NCBI GenBank assembly: GCA_001783805.1
Contig: MFNS01000006.1
Location: 34,095-98,094 of the forward strand
From: Candidatus Levybacteria bacterium RIFCSPHIGHO2_01_FULL_40_16
GTDB taxonomy: Bacteria; Patescibacteriota; Microgenomatia; Levybacterales; UBA12049
Direction: 5' to 3'
DNA length: 64,000 nucleotides
Shown: positions 8,671-17,448 of the stretch, piece by piece
How the letters are laid out: every line of letters starts with the position of its first letter
How positions within the stretch are numbered: position 1 is the first letter of the stretch
The notes under the pieces: generated by a model
What the model saw: the letters and a program-made list of their open reading frames with translations, nothing else
The model's database searches: none
What the model was told of the DNA's origin: nothing
Made by a program: the position numbers and the translations under genes

Positions 8671-9223
8671 GTTTAAAACTCTGCCGAGCCCTGAAGAGGA
8701 GTGACTCTGTTGCCTTGAACGACAAATTAAATAGTGCGGCCAGCGTTTTTACGGACACATTTTCTTCATAATGTAGTCTTAATATTTTTTGATATTTGGC
8801 AGAGAGACTACGGAGAGCAAGTTCGATATTGTCGCGGATTTTATTTTTCTCAAATTGGAATTCCGGTTGATTAATTTCCGATGCAACAATTTGAAGGAAC
8901 GGAACTTGAGATAAGAGTATAGATTTAATTTTTTTCTTACGATAAAAATCAACCATTTTATTGTGGGCAATTCTGTAAAGCCATGCGGAAACATTTTGTT
9001 CCCTTTCAAGGAACGAAAGAGAATCAATTGCTTCCAGGAAAACATCGTTTGTGATCTCTTGCGCGTCTTCTCGCCGCGGGAGTTTCTTAGAGAGGTAAGC
9101 TAAAATCTTTGGTGAGTAAGTCTTGTAAAATTGAATTACCGCCTTGCTATCTCCGACTAAAATCCGCTTTATAAACGATGAGGACATAGGATAGATTATA
9201 AAGCTTTTCTTATAAAAATGCAC
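8642..9223 (-). CDS. RNA polymerase sigma factor, ECF (sigma-70 region 2/4) family
   Basis: Region 2 (DAQEITNDVFLEA, AWLYRIAHN) and region 4 (LRLHYEENVSVKTLAALFNLSFKATESLLFRARQSF); start may be internal Met at 9187. Confidence 0.75.
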   Translation of the reverse strand: MHFYKKSFIIYPMSSSFIKRILVGDSKAVIQFYKTYSPKILAYLSKKLPRREDAQEITNDVFLEAIDSLSFLEREQNVSAWLYRIAHNKMVDFYRKKKIKSILLSQVPFLQIVASEINQPEFQFEKNKIRDNIELALRSLSAKYQKILRLHYEENVSVKTLAALFNLSFKATESLLFRARQSFKLAYERAAIS

Positions 9224-9245
9224 TTTCGAATGATTTTGAGAGATT

Positions 9246-9839
9246 TTGCGACTAAATTATATGACTGAGCGATTAGATCGTGGTTTATCTTCTGTTTTTT
9301 CTGCGGAACAATCCTGCAGGGTCCGCTTTGTAGAACCGAATAACAATCTGGTGGTTCCGGACAGAACAATGCATAAATCAGAGCTGTCTGATAAATTTGA
9401 CGGGTTGGACATAGAATATCTCACTCAAATTAAACTAAGAGAATTGGGGTTTGCTCCTCAAAATGATAAAGAAAAGGAAATGCTCGAGTTTTTCCATAAT
9501 CCCTTAATTCACAGATATCCAGCAGGAGATTCGCCTGCGAGATACTTTATGGAAGTAATTATGGGAAACCATGCAATACTTGCTTCATATCTTCCTCCCA
9601 ATTCGATAACCTCTAATCACAAGCACTCAGATGAATATAAAATTTTAGAAGATTACCATATAACAGGAGGTGAACCTATTCTTAAATTGGATAGTGAAAT
9701 TCACGCATTAAAGAGCGGTATGTCCGTAGAGGTGCCTCTAAATACACCTCATCAGCTTAAAACAGGGGAAAAGCCTGCTTTTACCCTGATTATTATGAAA
9801 AATGCGGGCTTGGTGGATAGAAAAAACTGGCATAGGTAA
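9246..9839 (+). CDS. hypothetical protein, possibly cupin-fold
   Basis: H..H...E...G...H-like pattern in C-terminal half; divergent from sigma gene. Confidence 0.3.
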   Translation: MRLNYMTERLDRGLSSVFSAEQSCRVRFVEPNNNLVVPDRTMHKSELSDKFDGLDIEYLTQIKLRELGFAPQNDKEKEMLEFFHNPLIHRYPAGDSPARYFMEVIMGNHAILASYLPPNSITSNHKHSDEYKILEDYHITGGEPILKLDSEIHALKSGMSVEVPLNTPHQLKTGEKPAFTLIIMKNAGLVDRKNWHR

Positions 9840-9884
9840 CTTGCTTTGGAGTTAATCTTATAGTATAATTTATCTTCCTAAGCT

Positions 9885-10667
9885 ATGAAGAACATAACAT
9901 TAATTAAGCTGGGAGGATCGGTAATTACGGATAAGGACACTCCTTACAAGGCAAAGATAAGTGTGATAAGAAGATTAGCAAAGGAAATTAAGGGTTCAGG
10001 CATAACTTCTTTGGTTATTGCGCATGGGAGCGGGAGTTTTGGGCACACATCGGCAGTCAAGTATGGGGGCAAAAAGGGATATAAAAACAAATGGGGAATC
10101 GCTAAAGTTGCCAGAGATGCGATGGAGATTAATAGAATTGTGATGGATACCCTAATTGATGAAGGATTGCCGGCCGTTTCTTTAAGACCAATGAGTATGA
10201 TGATGACAAGTAAAGGCAGGATCAAAAAAAACTTATTTGAAATCATTGAAGAAGTTTTAAATCAAGGATTAATACCGGTTGTTTACGGAGACGTGATTTG
10301 GGATAAAGCATGGAAAAGCACTATCTATTCGGGGGAGACAACTTTAAATGAAATTGGAATATATTTATCTAAGAAAGGCTATAAGGTAAACAAAATTATT
10401 CAGGTGGGGCAAACGGATGGCGTTTATGATTTACAAAAGGAAACTATACCTTTGATAAACAAAAAGAATTGGGATAAAATTAAAAAATATCTTTTTGAAA
10501 ACAAAAGAGCTGATGTAACCGGCGGAATGCAGCACAAAATAGAAAACGCTTTAAAGATCGCAAAAATAGGAATAAATACGTTTTTGATAAACGGTAATAA
10601 AGCGAAGGAGTTATCAAACGCCATTTTGGGAAAATCGGTTAAGGGAACGATTATAAGAAAGAATTAA
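9885..10667 (+). CDS. isopentenyl phosphate kinase (amino-acid kinase family)
   Basis: IKLGGSVIT, HGSGSFGH (catalytic His region), PVVYGDVI, DVTGGM, FLINGNKA blocks align with archaeal IPK. Confidence 0.7.
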   Translation: MKNITLIKLGGSVITDKDTPYKAKISVIRRLAKEIKGSGITSLVIAHGSGSFGHTSAVKYGGKKGYKNKWGIAKVARDAMEINRIVMDTLIDEGLPAVSLRPMSMMMTSKGRIKKNLFEIIEEVLNQGLIPVVYGDVIWDKAWKSTIYSGETTLNEIGIYLSKKGYKVNKIIQVGQTDGVYDLQKETIPLINKKNWDKIKKYLFENKRADVTGGMQHKIENALKIAKIGINTFLINGNKAKELSNAILGKSVKGTIIRKN

Positions 10668-10672
10668 GTATT

Positions 10673-11353
10673 ATGAATAAAGAAATTATAGTTCCAGGCA
10701 ATGAAAAATTGTTCTCAGCAAGACAAACAATAGAGTCAGAGAAAAGGCCGAGTGCAGGAATAGCGATGGTGATCATTGGAATAGATCCAAATAAGAATGG
10801 GGAAAATATTAATAGTCCAGTTCTATGGACTAACATTGAAAAGAAGCCCAAGCTTGAAACAGATAGGCTTGCAGGGCAGATTTCTTTTCCCTCTGATACG
10901 CGAAAAATTGGAGAAGATAAACTTTCCAATATGTTAGGAACGCTACCAGAGTTCAGTGGAAACGATGGGTTAATAAGGAGTTTATCTTTTACGTCATCAT
11001 CTTATATAAATGAAGCAATTAAAATAAAAGAGAATCATTATGATCTGATGATAGTATTTTTGAATGGATTTCTGGCTACCCCAATTATCCCCCTGGATGG
11101 GAATGAGGTTAGTGCTAATGGTTGGATGCGATTAGAGGAATTACGTAAACTGCAAAAAGAAAATCCTTCCATGCTGAGAAGTTTTGTAGAGCAAATTATA
11201 GGCGGAGAGCTTATTGGTAAGGCGGTTGATGATTATTTTAGATTTCCGAAAGAGAGGATTCCTTTCTCTACTATTTTGCCACGTAATTTTTCTATAGCTA
11301 ATTTTTATAAAGTAAGAGAAAAATTGCCCGATGTGATTGGGCGCTCTCAATAA
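10673..11353 (+). CDS. hypothetical protein (co-transcribed with IPK)
   Basis: 226-aa ORF 5 nt after IPK stop; no motif I can name confidently. Confidence 0.45.
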   Translation: MNKEIIVPGNEKLFSARQTIESEKRPSAGIAMVIIGIDPNKNGENINSPVLWTNIEKKPKLETDRLAGQISFPSDTRKIGEDKLSNMLGTLPEFSGNDGLIRSLSFTSSSYINEAIKIKENHYDLMIVFLNGFLATPIIPLDGNEVSANGWMRLEELRKLQKENPSMLRSFVEQIIGGELIGKAVDDYFRFPKERIPFSTILPRNFSIANFYKVREKLPDVIGRSQ

Positions 11354-12046
11354 TCATTTTCCGAACCTTCTTTGGCGGCGGGAATATTCTTCAATGGCGT
11401 TTTCAATATCTTTATCATTAACGTCCGGGAAATGTTTTTGGAGGAAAATGTATTCTGCATAAGCCGCCTGCCAAATCATTAGTCCCGAAGTTCTTTGTTC
11501 TCCGGATGTCCTAATAATTAAATCCGGATTGGGATAGGGTTGATTTGCAGTGTCCAAATAATTGTTAAATTGCTCAATTGTTAAATTGTTAATATTCTGT
11601 CGAGATATTTTTTTAATTCCGCGAATCACTTCATCTTGTCCGCCGTAGTCAAGGGCGATATTTAAAATATAATTTTTAAAATTTTTTGTTTTTTCTTCGG
11701 AATCTTGAATTTTCTCCAGTAATTTTTTTGAAATCCTGTCTTTTCTTCCCAAATGAATTATTCTGATTTTTTCTTTTAACGCTTGTTTAAGATTCCTCTC
11801 AATAAATGTTTCGTACATTTTCATTAAATACGCAACTTCTTCTTTACTCCTATTCCAATTTTCCGTAGAAAATGCCCACATAGTCATAGTGTGAACACCA
11901 AGGGAACGGATTTTTTTCCCGATTTTTACCGCAACATCAAAACCTTTCCTATGTCCTTCAAAACTCGGAAGTCCATGCTCTTTCGCCCAGCGCCTGTTCC
12001 CGTCGGGGATGATAGCAACATGATTTGGGATAGTTGAAACTGCCAT
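11354..12046 (-). CDS. uppS: undecaprenyl diphosphate synthase
   Basis: HVAIIPDGNRRWA, MWAFSTENWNR, LIIRTSGEQRTSG motifs; start taken at internal Met. Confidence 0.85.
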   Translation of the reverse strand: MAVSTIPNHVAIIPDGNRRWAKEHGLPSFEGHRKGFDVAVKIGKKIRSLGVHTMTMWAFSTENWNRSKEEVAYLMKMYETFIERNLKQALKEKIRIIHLGRKDRISKKLLEKIQDSEEKTKNFKNYILNIALDYGGQDEVIRGIKKISRQNINNLTIEQFNNYLDTANQPYPNPDLIIRTSGEQRTSGLMIWQAAYAEYIFLQKHFPDVNDKDIENAIEEYSRRQRRFGK

Positions 12047-12081
12047 TTGCACATTATACCATCGGATGTTATAATACCAAA

Positions 12082-12759
12082 ATGCCAGTAAAGAAAAGTC
12101 AAAGGTCAAAGGTCAAAAATCAAAAGTTATCAGCAGTAATCGCGGTGCCGAAAGCAATTAACACCTCCATTAAAGATAAATTGAAACAACCGAAAAACTT
12201 TATTCCATTAATAATTATTGCGTTAATAATTATTGCATTTTCATTGAAAGGATTATTTGTTGTAGCTTTGGTCAACGGAGAGCCGATTGCAAGAATCGCT
12301 GTTGTCTCCGAATTGGAAAAACAGGGAGGAAAACAAGCTCTTTCATCTTTGGTAAATCAAACTCTTATTTTACAGGAAGCAAGGAAGAAGAATATTCAAG
12401 TTAGCCAAGCGGAAATTGATGCGGCAGCAAAGCAAATCGAAGACAGTCTTAAAAGCCAGGGGCAAAATTTGGATACGGCGTTAGCGATGCAGGGAATGAC
12501 CAGAAAAGATTTATCAACGCAATTAAAATTAAGAAGTCTGGTTGAAAAATTGCTTACAGATAAAGTCAAAGTTACAGACAAAGAAGTTGCGGATTACATT
12601 GAAAAAAACAAAGACACTTTCCCGGCTGAAATGAAGGAAGAAGAAATCAAAAAAAGCGTCACGGAGCAATTAAAACAGCAAAAGTTGGGCAGTGCATCTC
12701 AAGTTTGGCTGGCGGAACTTAACAAAAACGCCAAGATCAACTACTTCGTTAACTACTAG
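12082..12759 (+). CDS. membrane-anchored SurA N-terminal-domain-like chaperone protein
   Basis: N-terminal TM then SurA_N-like helical domain; heptamer repeats encode KSQRSKVKNQK near N-terminus; start uncertain (12034 or 12082). Confidence 0.4.
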   Translation: MPVKKSQRSKVKNQKLSAVIAVPKAINTSIKDKLKQPKNFIPLIIIALIIIAFSLKGLFVVALVNGEPIARIAVVSELEKQGGKQALSSLVNQTLILQEARKKNIQVSQAEIDAAAKQIEDSLKSQGQNLDTALAMQGMTRKDLSTQLKLRSLVEKLLTDKVKVTDKEVADYIEKNKDTFPAEMKEEEIKKSVTEQLKQQKLGSASQVWLAELNKNAKINYFVNY

Positions 12760-12765
12760 AATTAA

Positions 12766-13017
12766 ATGAGTCAAAAACTTGTAGAAAGAATCGGCTGGGC
12801 AGCCTCCGCAATAGCGATTCTCATGTGGTTTTCCTTTATTGATCAAATCCGCTTAAATCTATCCGGACAAAAAGGTTCGCTACTAATCCCAATAGTGGTT
12901 ACGATAAACTGTATTTTGTGGACAATGTTTGGATTGGGGAAGAAAAACTGGCAGATAATTTCAGCTAATGTGCCGGGAATATTTCTCGGCGTCCTCACCG
13001 CGCTCACCGCGCTATAA
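12766..13017 (+). CDS. SemiSWEET / PQ-loop family small membrane transporter
   Basis: 83 aa, 3 TM; aligns with SemiSWEET (IGWAASAI...FIDQI..., LW..FGL, SANV). Confidence 0.45.
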   Translation: MSQKLVERIGWAASAIAILMWFSFIDQIRLNLSGQKGSLLIPIVVTINCILWTMFGLGKKNWQIISANVPGIFLGVLTALTAL

Positions 13018-13384
13018 TTTTTTGGCAGTTTTTACTTCCACAATTACATTTAAAATTAACAAACGCTCCGATTTTCGCATAGTCCGAAGTTACCTCTTCT
13101 CCTTTGCGAATATTTTTTAAAGCAATATCGCAATTATTTTTTACATAGGTATTTGGATCGCAAGAATGATTGACGTATCTTTCCGGAGGTTGCATTAAAA
13201 GGTATTTATTACTGTTTATTTTCTGGATATAATGTTTTTCTGTCTTCGGTAGCTTATCTATTTCGGATCTTACAATAATTTTCGGATTCCATTTAAGAGC
13301 AATCTCACCTTTTTTAAAATCTTTTACAGCAAATACGCCCTTTTTATTAATTTTTGATTTTTTAACGAGAATATGATTGCTCAT
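13004..13384 (-). CDS. SET domain protein (putative protein-lysine methyltransferase)
   Basis: NHSCDPN signature and EEVTSDY, C-terminal Cys cluster (post-SET-like). Confidence 0.7.
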   Translation of the reverse strand: MSNHILVKKSKINKKGVFAVKDFKKGEIALKWNPKIIVRSEIDKLPKTEKHYIQKINSNKYLLMQPPERYVNHSCDPNTYVKNNCDIALKNIRKGEEVTSDYAKIGAFVNFKCNCGSKNCQKIIAR

Positions 13385-13409
13385 TAATAATATACTTGTT
13401 CAAAAAGTG

Positions 13410-13480
13410 TCGGGATGCAGGGAATTGAACCCTGGCTACCGCACCCCCAGCGCGGCGTACTACCGTTATACGACATCCCG
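13410..13480 (-). tRNA. tRNA-Pro (anticodon GGG)
   Basis: Cloverleaf folded by hand: 7-bp acceptor CGGGATG/CATCCCG, anticodon loop CTGGGGG, T-loop TTCAATT; no encoded CCA. Confidence 0.8.
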
Positions 13481-13497
13481 TTCTTGCTTTGCAATTT

Positions 13498-13526
13498 GTC
13501 TTTAGTTCTTTGTCTTTAGCCTTTGG
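13498..13526. repeat. CTAAAGAC-containing repeats (inverted orientation) downstream of four-helix-bundle gene
   Basis: gtctttagttctttgtctttag; same 8-mer as upstream repeats 13882..14019. Confidence 0.5.
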
Positions 13527-13867
13527 TTGGATAAAGATTTTATCAAAGCATTTAATTCTTTTCCAACTATTTCACATTTTTCTAATGCAGTTCTTATGTC
13601 AATTTTGAATAATTTCTCAGCGATTTTTAATCCCGCAACAGTCTCGTATAGCGATTTTAAAGCTATCCTTAAGAAACTTTTGAATTCAATATCTCCTAAT
13701 GCTCCTGTTCCTTCTGCTATGTTTAAAACGATAGATGTTGTAGATCTTTTTAGTTGATTTATTAAAGCAAATTTTTCTTCAATAGGTAAATTTTCTGTAA
13801 GTCTGTATACTTCTTCGACTAAGATTAAAGCATTATGATAAACCCTCAGTTTTTCAAATCTATACAT
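13502..13867 (-). CDS. four-helix-bundle protein (TIGR02436 / Avd-like, 23S rRNA-IVS protein family)
   Basis: 121 aa, all-helical, family-typical YRLTENLPIEEKFALINQLKRSTTSIVLNIAEG region. Confidence 0.55.
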   Translation of the reverse strand: MYRFEKLRVYHNALILVEEVYRLTENLPIEEKFALINQLKRSTTSIVLNIAEGTGALGDIEFKSFLRIALKSLYETVAGLKIAEKLFKIDIRTALEKCEIVGKELNALIKSLSNQRLKTKN

Positions 13868-13881
13868 TGTTGATCTTTGGT

Positions 13882-14019
13882 CGTTAGTCTTTGGACGATA
13901 ACCTAAAGACTAATTGCTAACGACTAATTTTGATCTATTGTATTTTAACATAAATATACTACAATAATTATGCTTTTTTAGTTAGCTAAAGACTAATTGC
14001 TAACAACTAAAGACTAATT
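13882..14019. repeat. direct/inverted repeat cluster (CTAAAGACTAATTGCTAAC x2 perfect, plus partial and inverted copies) immediately upstream of recA
   Basis: 19-nt perfect direct repeats at 13903-13921 and 13986-14004 bracket a TTGATC..17..AATATA promoter-like sequence; ends at recA ATG. Confidence 0.55.
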
Positions 14020-15090
14020 ATGGGCAGGACTCCGGCATCTCAAAAATCTATTCCCAATAGTCACACGGAAGCCTCCGGCAAACTCGCTGCAGTGAATCTG
14101 GCCATGGAGCAAATCGAGAAACAATATGGTCGTGGTTCGATCATGCGCTTTGGCGAAGTCGGTCAAAAGTTCGACATCTCGGTTATCTCCACAGGCTGTC
14201 TTCCCCTGGATCTGGCGCTTGGAGTAGGCGGAGTGCCAAGGGGCAGAATCATCGAAATCTACGGTCCGGAAGCCTCGGGAAAAACCACGATTTGCCTTTC
14301 CATTATTGCGCAAGCGCAAAAGCATGGAGGTGTCGCAGCCTTTATTGATGCGGAGCACGCGCTTGATCCCTTGTGGGCAGAAAAATTAGGAGTAAAACTT
14401 GATAATCTTTTGATTTCTCAACCGGATACCGGTGAGCAGGCTTTGGAAATTGCAGAAAGTTTAATTAGGAGTGGCGGAGTTGATGTTTTGGTAATCGATT
14501 CGGTTGCTGCTCTAGTTCCCAGAGCGGAAATTGAAGGGGAAATGGGAGACTCAATGATGGGGCTTCAGGCGCGTCTCATGTCCCAAGCTCTTAGAAAATT
14601 AACCGGTGTTATTTCCAAATCAAAAACAGTTTGTATATTTACAAACCAATTGCGTCAAAAAATCGGAATAATGTTTGGCAATCCCGAAACTACCACCGGA
14701 GGTTTGGCTCTCAAATTCTATGCCACAATGAGAATGGATGTTCGGAAAATTGAAACCTTAAAAGACGGCGATCGAGCAATTGGGTCCCGTCATCGGGTAA
14801 AAGTGGTAAAGAATAAGGTCTCGGCTCCATTTAGAATTGCAGAGTTTGATGTAATGTCGGACGGGATTTCCAGAGAGGGTGGGATCGTGGATGTCGGAGT
14901 GGAAATGAACGTAATTGAAAAATCCGGAGCGTTTTATAAATATGGAGATTTGATGTTGGGACAAGGAAAAGAAGCGACAAAGATATTTCTTAAAGAAAAG
15001 CCTGATGTCTCCAAAAAAATCGTTGACGAGATTTTAAAAATAAATAAATCCGGCGGCACCCCAGTCGAAGTCGGCGTAGAAGAAAAATAA
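14020..15090 (+). CDS. recA: recombinase RecA
   Basis: Walker [11 protein letters not shown]1/L2 loops, canonical RecA throughout. Confidence 0.9.
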   Translation: MGRTPASQKSIPNSHTEASGKLAAVNLAMEQIEKQYGRGSIMRFGEVGQKFDISVISTGCLPLDLALGVGGVPRGRIIEIYGPEASGKTTICLSIIAQAQKHGGVAAFIDAEHALDPLWAEKLGVKLDNLLISQPDTGEQALEIAESLIRSGGVDVLVIDSVAALVPRAEIEGEMGDSMMGLQARLMSQALRKLTGVISKSKTVCIFTNQLRQKIGIMFGNPETTTGGLALKFYATMRMDVRKIETLKDGDRAIGSRHRVKVVKNKVSAPFRIAEFDVMSDGISREGGIVDVGVEMNVIEKSGAFYKYGDLMLGQGKEATKIFLKEKPDVSKKIVDEILKINKSGGTPVEVGVEEK

Positions 15091-15099
15091 CCTCCACAA

Positions 15100-15588
15100 A
15101 TGGATAATTTTGAAAAATTTTACAATAAGGCACTGGAGTTCTTGTCTTATCGTCCACGGTCGGAGAAAGAAGTGAGAGACCGTTTGAAGCTCAAAACTCA
15201 AAAGTCAAAGCTCAAAAGTTCAACTCAAAACTCAAAATTAATTGATAGTATTGTTGAAAAACTTAAGGAAAAGAAGTTTATTGATGATGAAGGGTTTGCT
15301 AAGGGATGGGTTGAAAGCAGGTTAAGATTTAAGCCGCGAAGTTTACGTTTAATACAATTGGAATTAAAACAGAAAGGCATAGATCAAGAAATAATTAACA
15401 ATTTACAGTTAACAGATGACAGCGATTTGAAATCCGCAAAACAGCTTGTTGGAAAGAGGATTGAGAGACTGAAGGGCTTACCAAGGCAAAAAATCTATGA
15501 AAAATTGGGTAGATATTTGGCTTCAAAAGGATTTAACTGGGATACGATCAAAAAGAGTATTGACGAGATATTGGACAAAGGAGTATAA
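15100..15588 (+). CDS. recX: RecA regulator RecX
   Basis: RecX-like helical repeats, directly after recA; contains in-frame heptamer-repeat insert (LKTQKSKLKSSTQNSKL). Confidence 0.7.
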   Translation: MDNFEKFYNKALEFLSYRPRSEKEVRDRLKLKTQKSKLKSSTQNSKLIDSIVEKLKEKKFIDDEGFAKGWVESRLRFKPRSLRLIQLELKQKGIDQEIINNLQLTDDSDLKSAKQLVGKRIERLKGLPRQKIYEKLGRYLASKGFNWDTIKKSIDEILDKGV

Positions 15589-15699
15589 TAGTCTAACGTA
15601 GACAAGAGGTTAATCTATGAAGAAAAGTATTCTTATTCCCTCTTTCAGGGTGTAAATCTCCTTTTAAGGTAGATTATCTTCTCGCGTCTATGGATTATT

Positions 15700-16965
15700 A
15701 TGAATCAAACACAGGATTTGCTCGGACTTGAAAAAAAACTTCTTGAAAGAGAAGAAAAGCTCGATTCGGAAAAAGAACGGCTTGAAAAAGAAAAAGAAGA
15801 GCTTAATAAGAAGCAAGAAGAATATTCCGCAAAACTCCAAAAAGTTTCCGGCCTAACTGCCGAAGAAGCAAAAAAACAACTTCTCAAAGAAACTGAAACA
15901 AAAGAAACACAGGCAATTGCCAGAATTATCAAGGAGAAAGAAGAAGATGCCAAAAGAACCGCTGCCAAAAAATCCCAGGAAATTTTGTTGGACAGCATGA
16001 AACATGGGGCGTTGGATTTTATTGCAGAATATACTGTCTCAACAGTTAAGGTAGATGATGAGGAAATAAAAGGAAGAATTATCGGCAAGGAGGGGCGCAA
16101 TATTCGGGCTTTTGAACAAGCAACGGGGGTAGATGTTGATCTGGATGAAGAAGGAATAATCCGGCTTTCCTGCTTTGATTCCGTCCGGCGCGAAACTGCC
16201 AAGAGGGCACTTGAGAAACTTCTCAAAGATACCAGAATCCAGCCATTCAGAATAGAGGAAATTGTTAATCAGACCAAGCAAGAGTTGGAAAAAGTTATGC
16301 TTGAGGAAGGCGAAAAAATTGCCCATGAAGTTGGGGTTTTCAATTTGCCGGTAGAGCTCCTGTCTATTTTGGGACGTTTCAGATTCAGAACTTCATATGG
16401 GCAGAATCTGATTGTTCATACGCTGGAGGAAACAAAAATCGGAATCCATATTGCCTCGGAAATCGGCGCAGATGTAAATATCGTCAGGCTTGGCTGTCTT
16501 TTCCATGACGTCGGTAAAGTAGTTGAGGGAGAAGGAAGTCATGTTAAGCTTGGAGTAGATCTTTTGAAAAAATTCAATATTCCGGAAAAAATTGTTAATT
16601 GTGTTGCCGAACATCATGAAGATAAACCCTTCTCATCTATGGAATCAGTAATAGTTTCTATCGCAGACTCGATTTCCGGAGCACGTCCGGGAGCGCGGTT
16701 TGAAGATATTGAAGGATATGCAAAAAGATTGAGGGATATGGAAGAAATTGCTAAAAAATATGAGGGCGTGGATGACGCATATGCTTTTGAGGCGGGTCGG
16801 GAACTGCGGGTGATCATCAATCCGGGAAGACTCGACGATGCTCAAACGACAATTACCGCAAATAAGATTAGAGAAGAAGTCAGTAGTGCTCTGGCAGTTC
16901 CGGGAGAAGTTAAAGTAACTGCAATCCGCGAATTCCGCGCCGTCTCTTCAGAATCTTCGGTTTAA
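15700..16965 (+). CDS. rny: ribonuclease Y (KH + HD domains)
   Basis: KH motif IGKEGRNIR and HD domain HDVGK...HHE; position after recA/recX as in Firmicutes. Confidence 0.8.
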   Translation: MNQTQDLLGLEKKLLEREEKLDSEKERLEKEKEELNKKQEEYSAKLQKVSGLTAEEAKKQLLKETETKETQAIARIIKEKEEDAKRTAAKKSQEILLDSMKHGALDFIAEYTVSTVKVDDEEIKGRIIGKEGRNIRAFEQATGVDVDLDEEGIIRLSCFDSVRRETAKRALEKLLKDTRIQPFRIEEIVNQTKQELEKVMLEEGEKIAHEVGVFNLPVELLSILGRFRFRTSYGQNLIVHTLEETKIGIHIASEIGADVNIVRLGCLFHDVGKVVEGEGSHVKLGVDLLKKFNIPEKIVNCVAEHHEDKPFSSMESVIVSIADSISGARPGARFEDIEGYAKRLRDMEEIAKKYEGVDDAYAFEAGRELRVIINPGRLDDAQTTITANKIREEVSSALAVPGEVKVTAIREFRAVSSESSV

Positions 16966-16976
16966 GTCTTCAATAA

Positions 16977-17037
16977 ATCCTGCACTTTTTTGAGCATTTA
17001 ATTATTTTACGTTTACATTTTTTCTAAAGTGCAGGAT
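16977..17037. terminator. 12-bp perfect inverted repeat (ATCCTGCACTTT ... AAAGTGCAGGAT) after rny, followed by A/T run
   Basis: Perfect arms with 37-nt loop, 12 nt after rny stop. Confidence 0.4.
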
Positions 17038-17052
17038 AAAAAATTTGATATC

Positions 17053-17081
17053 TTGACTTATTGTTGAATACATTGTATTTT
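17053..17081 (+). promoter_or_regulatory. candidate promoter for hup (-35 TTGACT, 17 nt, -10 TATTTT)
   Basis: Consensus-like hexamers about 50 nt upstream of hup TTG start. Confidence 0.35.
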
Positions 17082-17127
17082 TAAGCTAAACATAGAAAAT
17101 TTTTGCCCGGATTGGTGGTGAATTAAT

Positions 17128-17400
17128 TTGACAAAAAGAGAATTAATAGAAGTTGTTGCTAAAAAAGCAAATTTAACCAACAAAGCAGCCAGGGATGCTG
17201 TTCAAGCGGTTATAAACTCCATTAGAGATTCTTTGAAACGGGGAGAAAAAGTAGTGATTACAGGATTTGGAACTTTTTCTGTCCGCAATAGAGTTGAGAG
17301 AGTCGGTCGCAATCCGAAAACCGGAGAGAAAATAACCATCGCAGCCAGAAAAGCGCCAGGATTTACTCCAGGCAAAACGCTCAAAAAAGTAGTCAGATAA
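17128..17400 (+). CDS. hup: DNA-binding protein HU
   Basis: TTG start; HU signature GFGTFSVRNRVERVGRNPKTGE. Confidence 0.85.
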   Translation: MTKRELIEVVAKKANLTNKAARDAVQAVINSIRDSLKRGEKVVITGFGTFSVRNRVERVGRNPKTGEKITIAARKAPGFTPGKTLKKVVR

Positions 17401-17448
17401 ATCCGGATAAACTTGTTTTTAAGTCGTAGATGTATTAAAATACACCTG

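Noticed and set aside
13502-13867. Diversity-generating retroelement (because of the Avd-like four-helix-bundle gene)
   Set aside because: No reverse transcriptase, template/variable repeat pair or target gene with a C-terminal variable region in the window. The family also occurs as stand-alone or IVS-associated genes.
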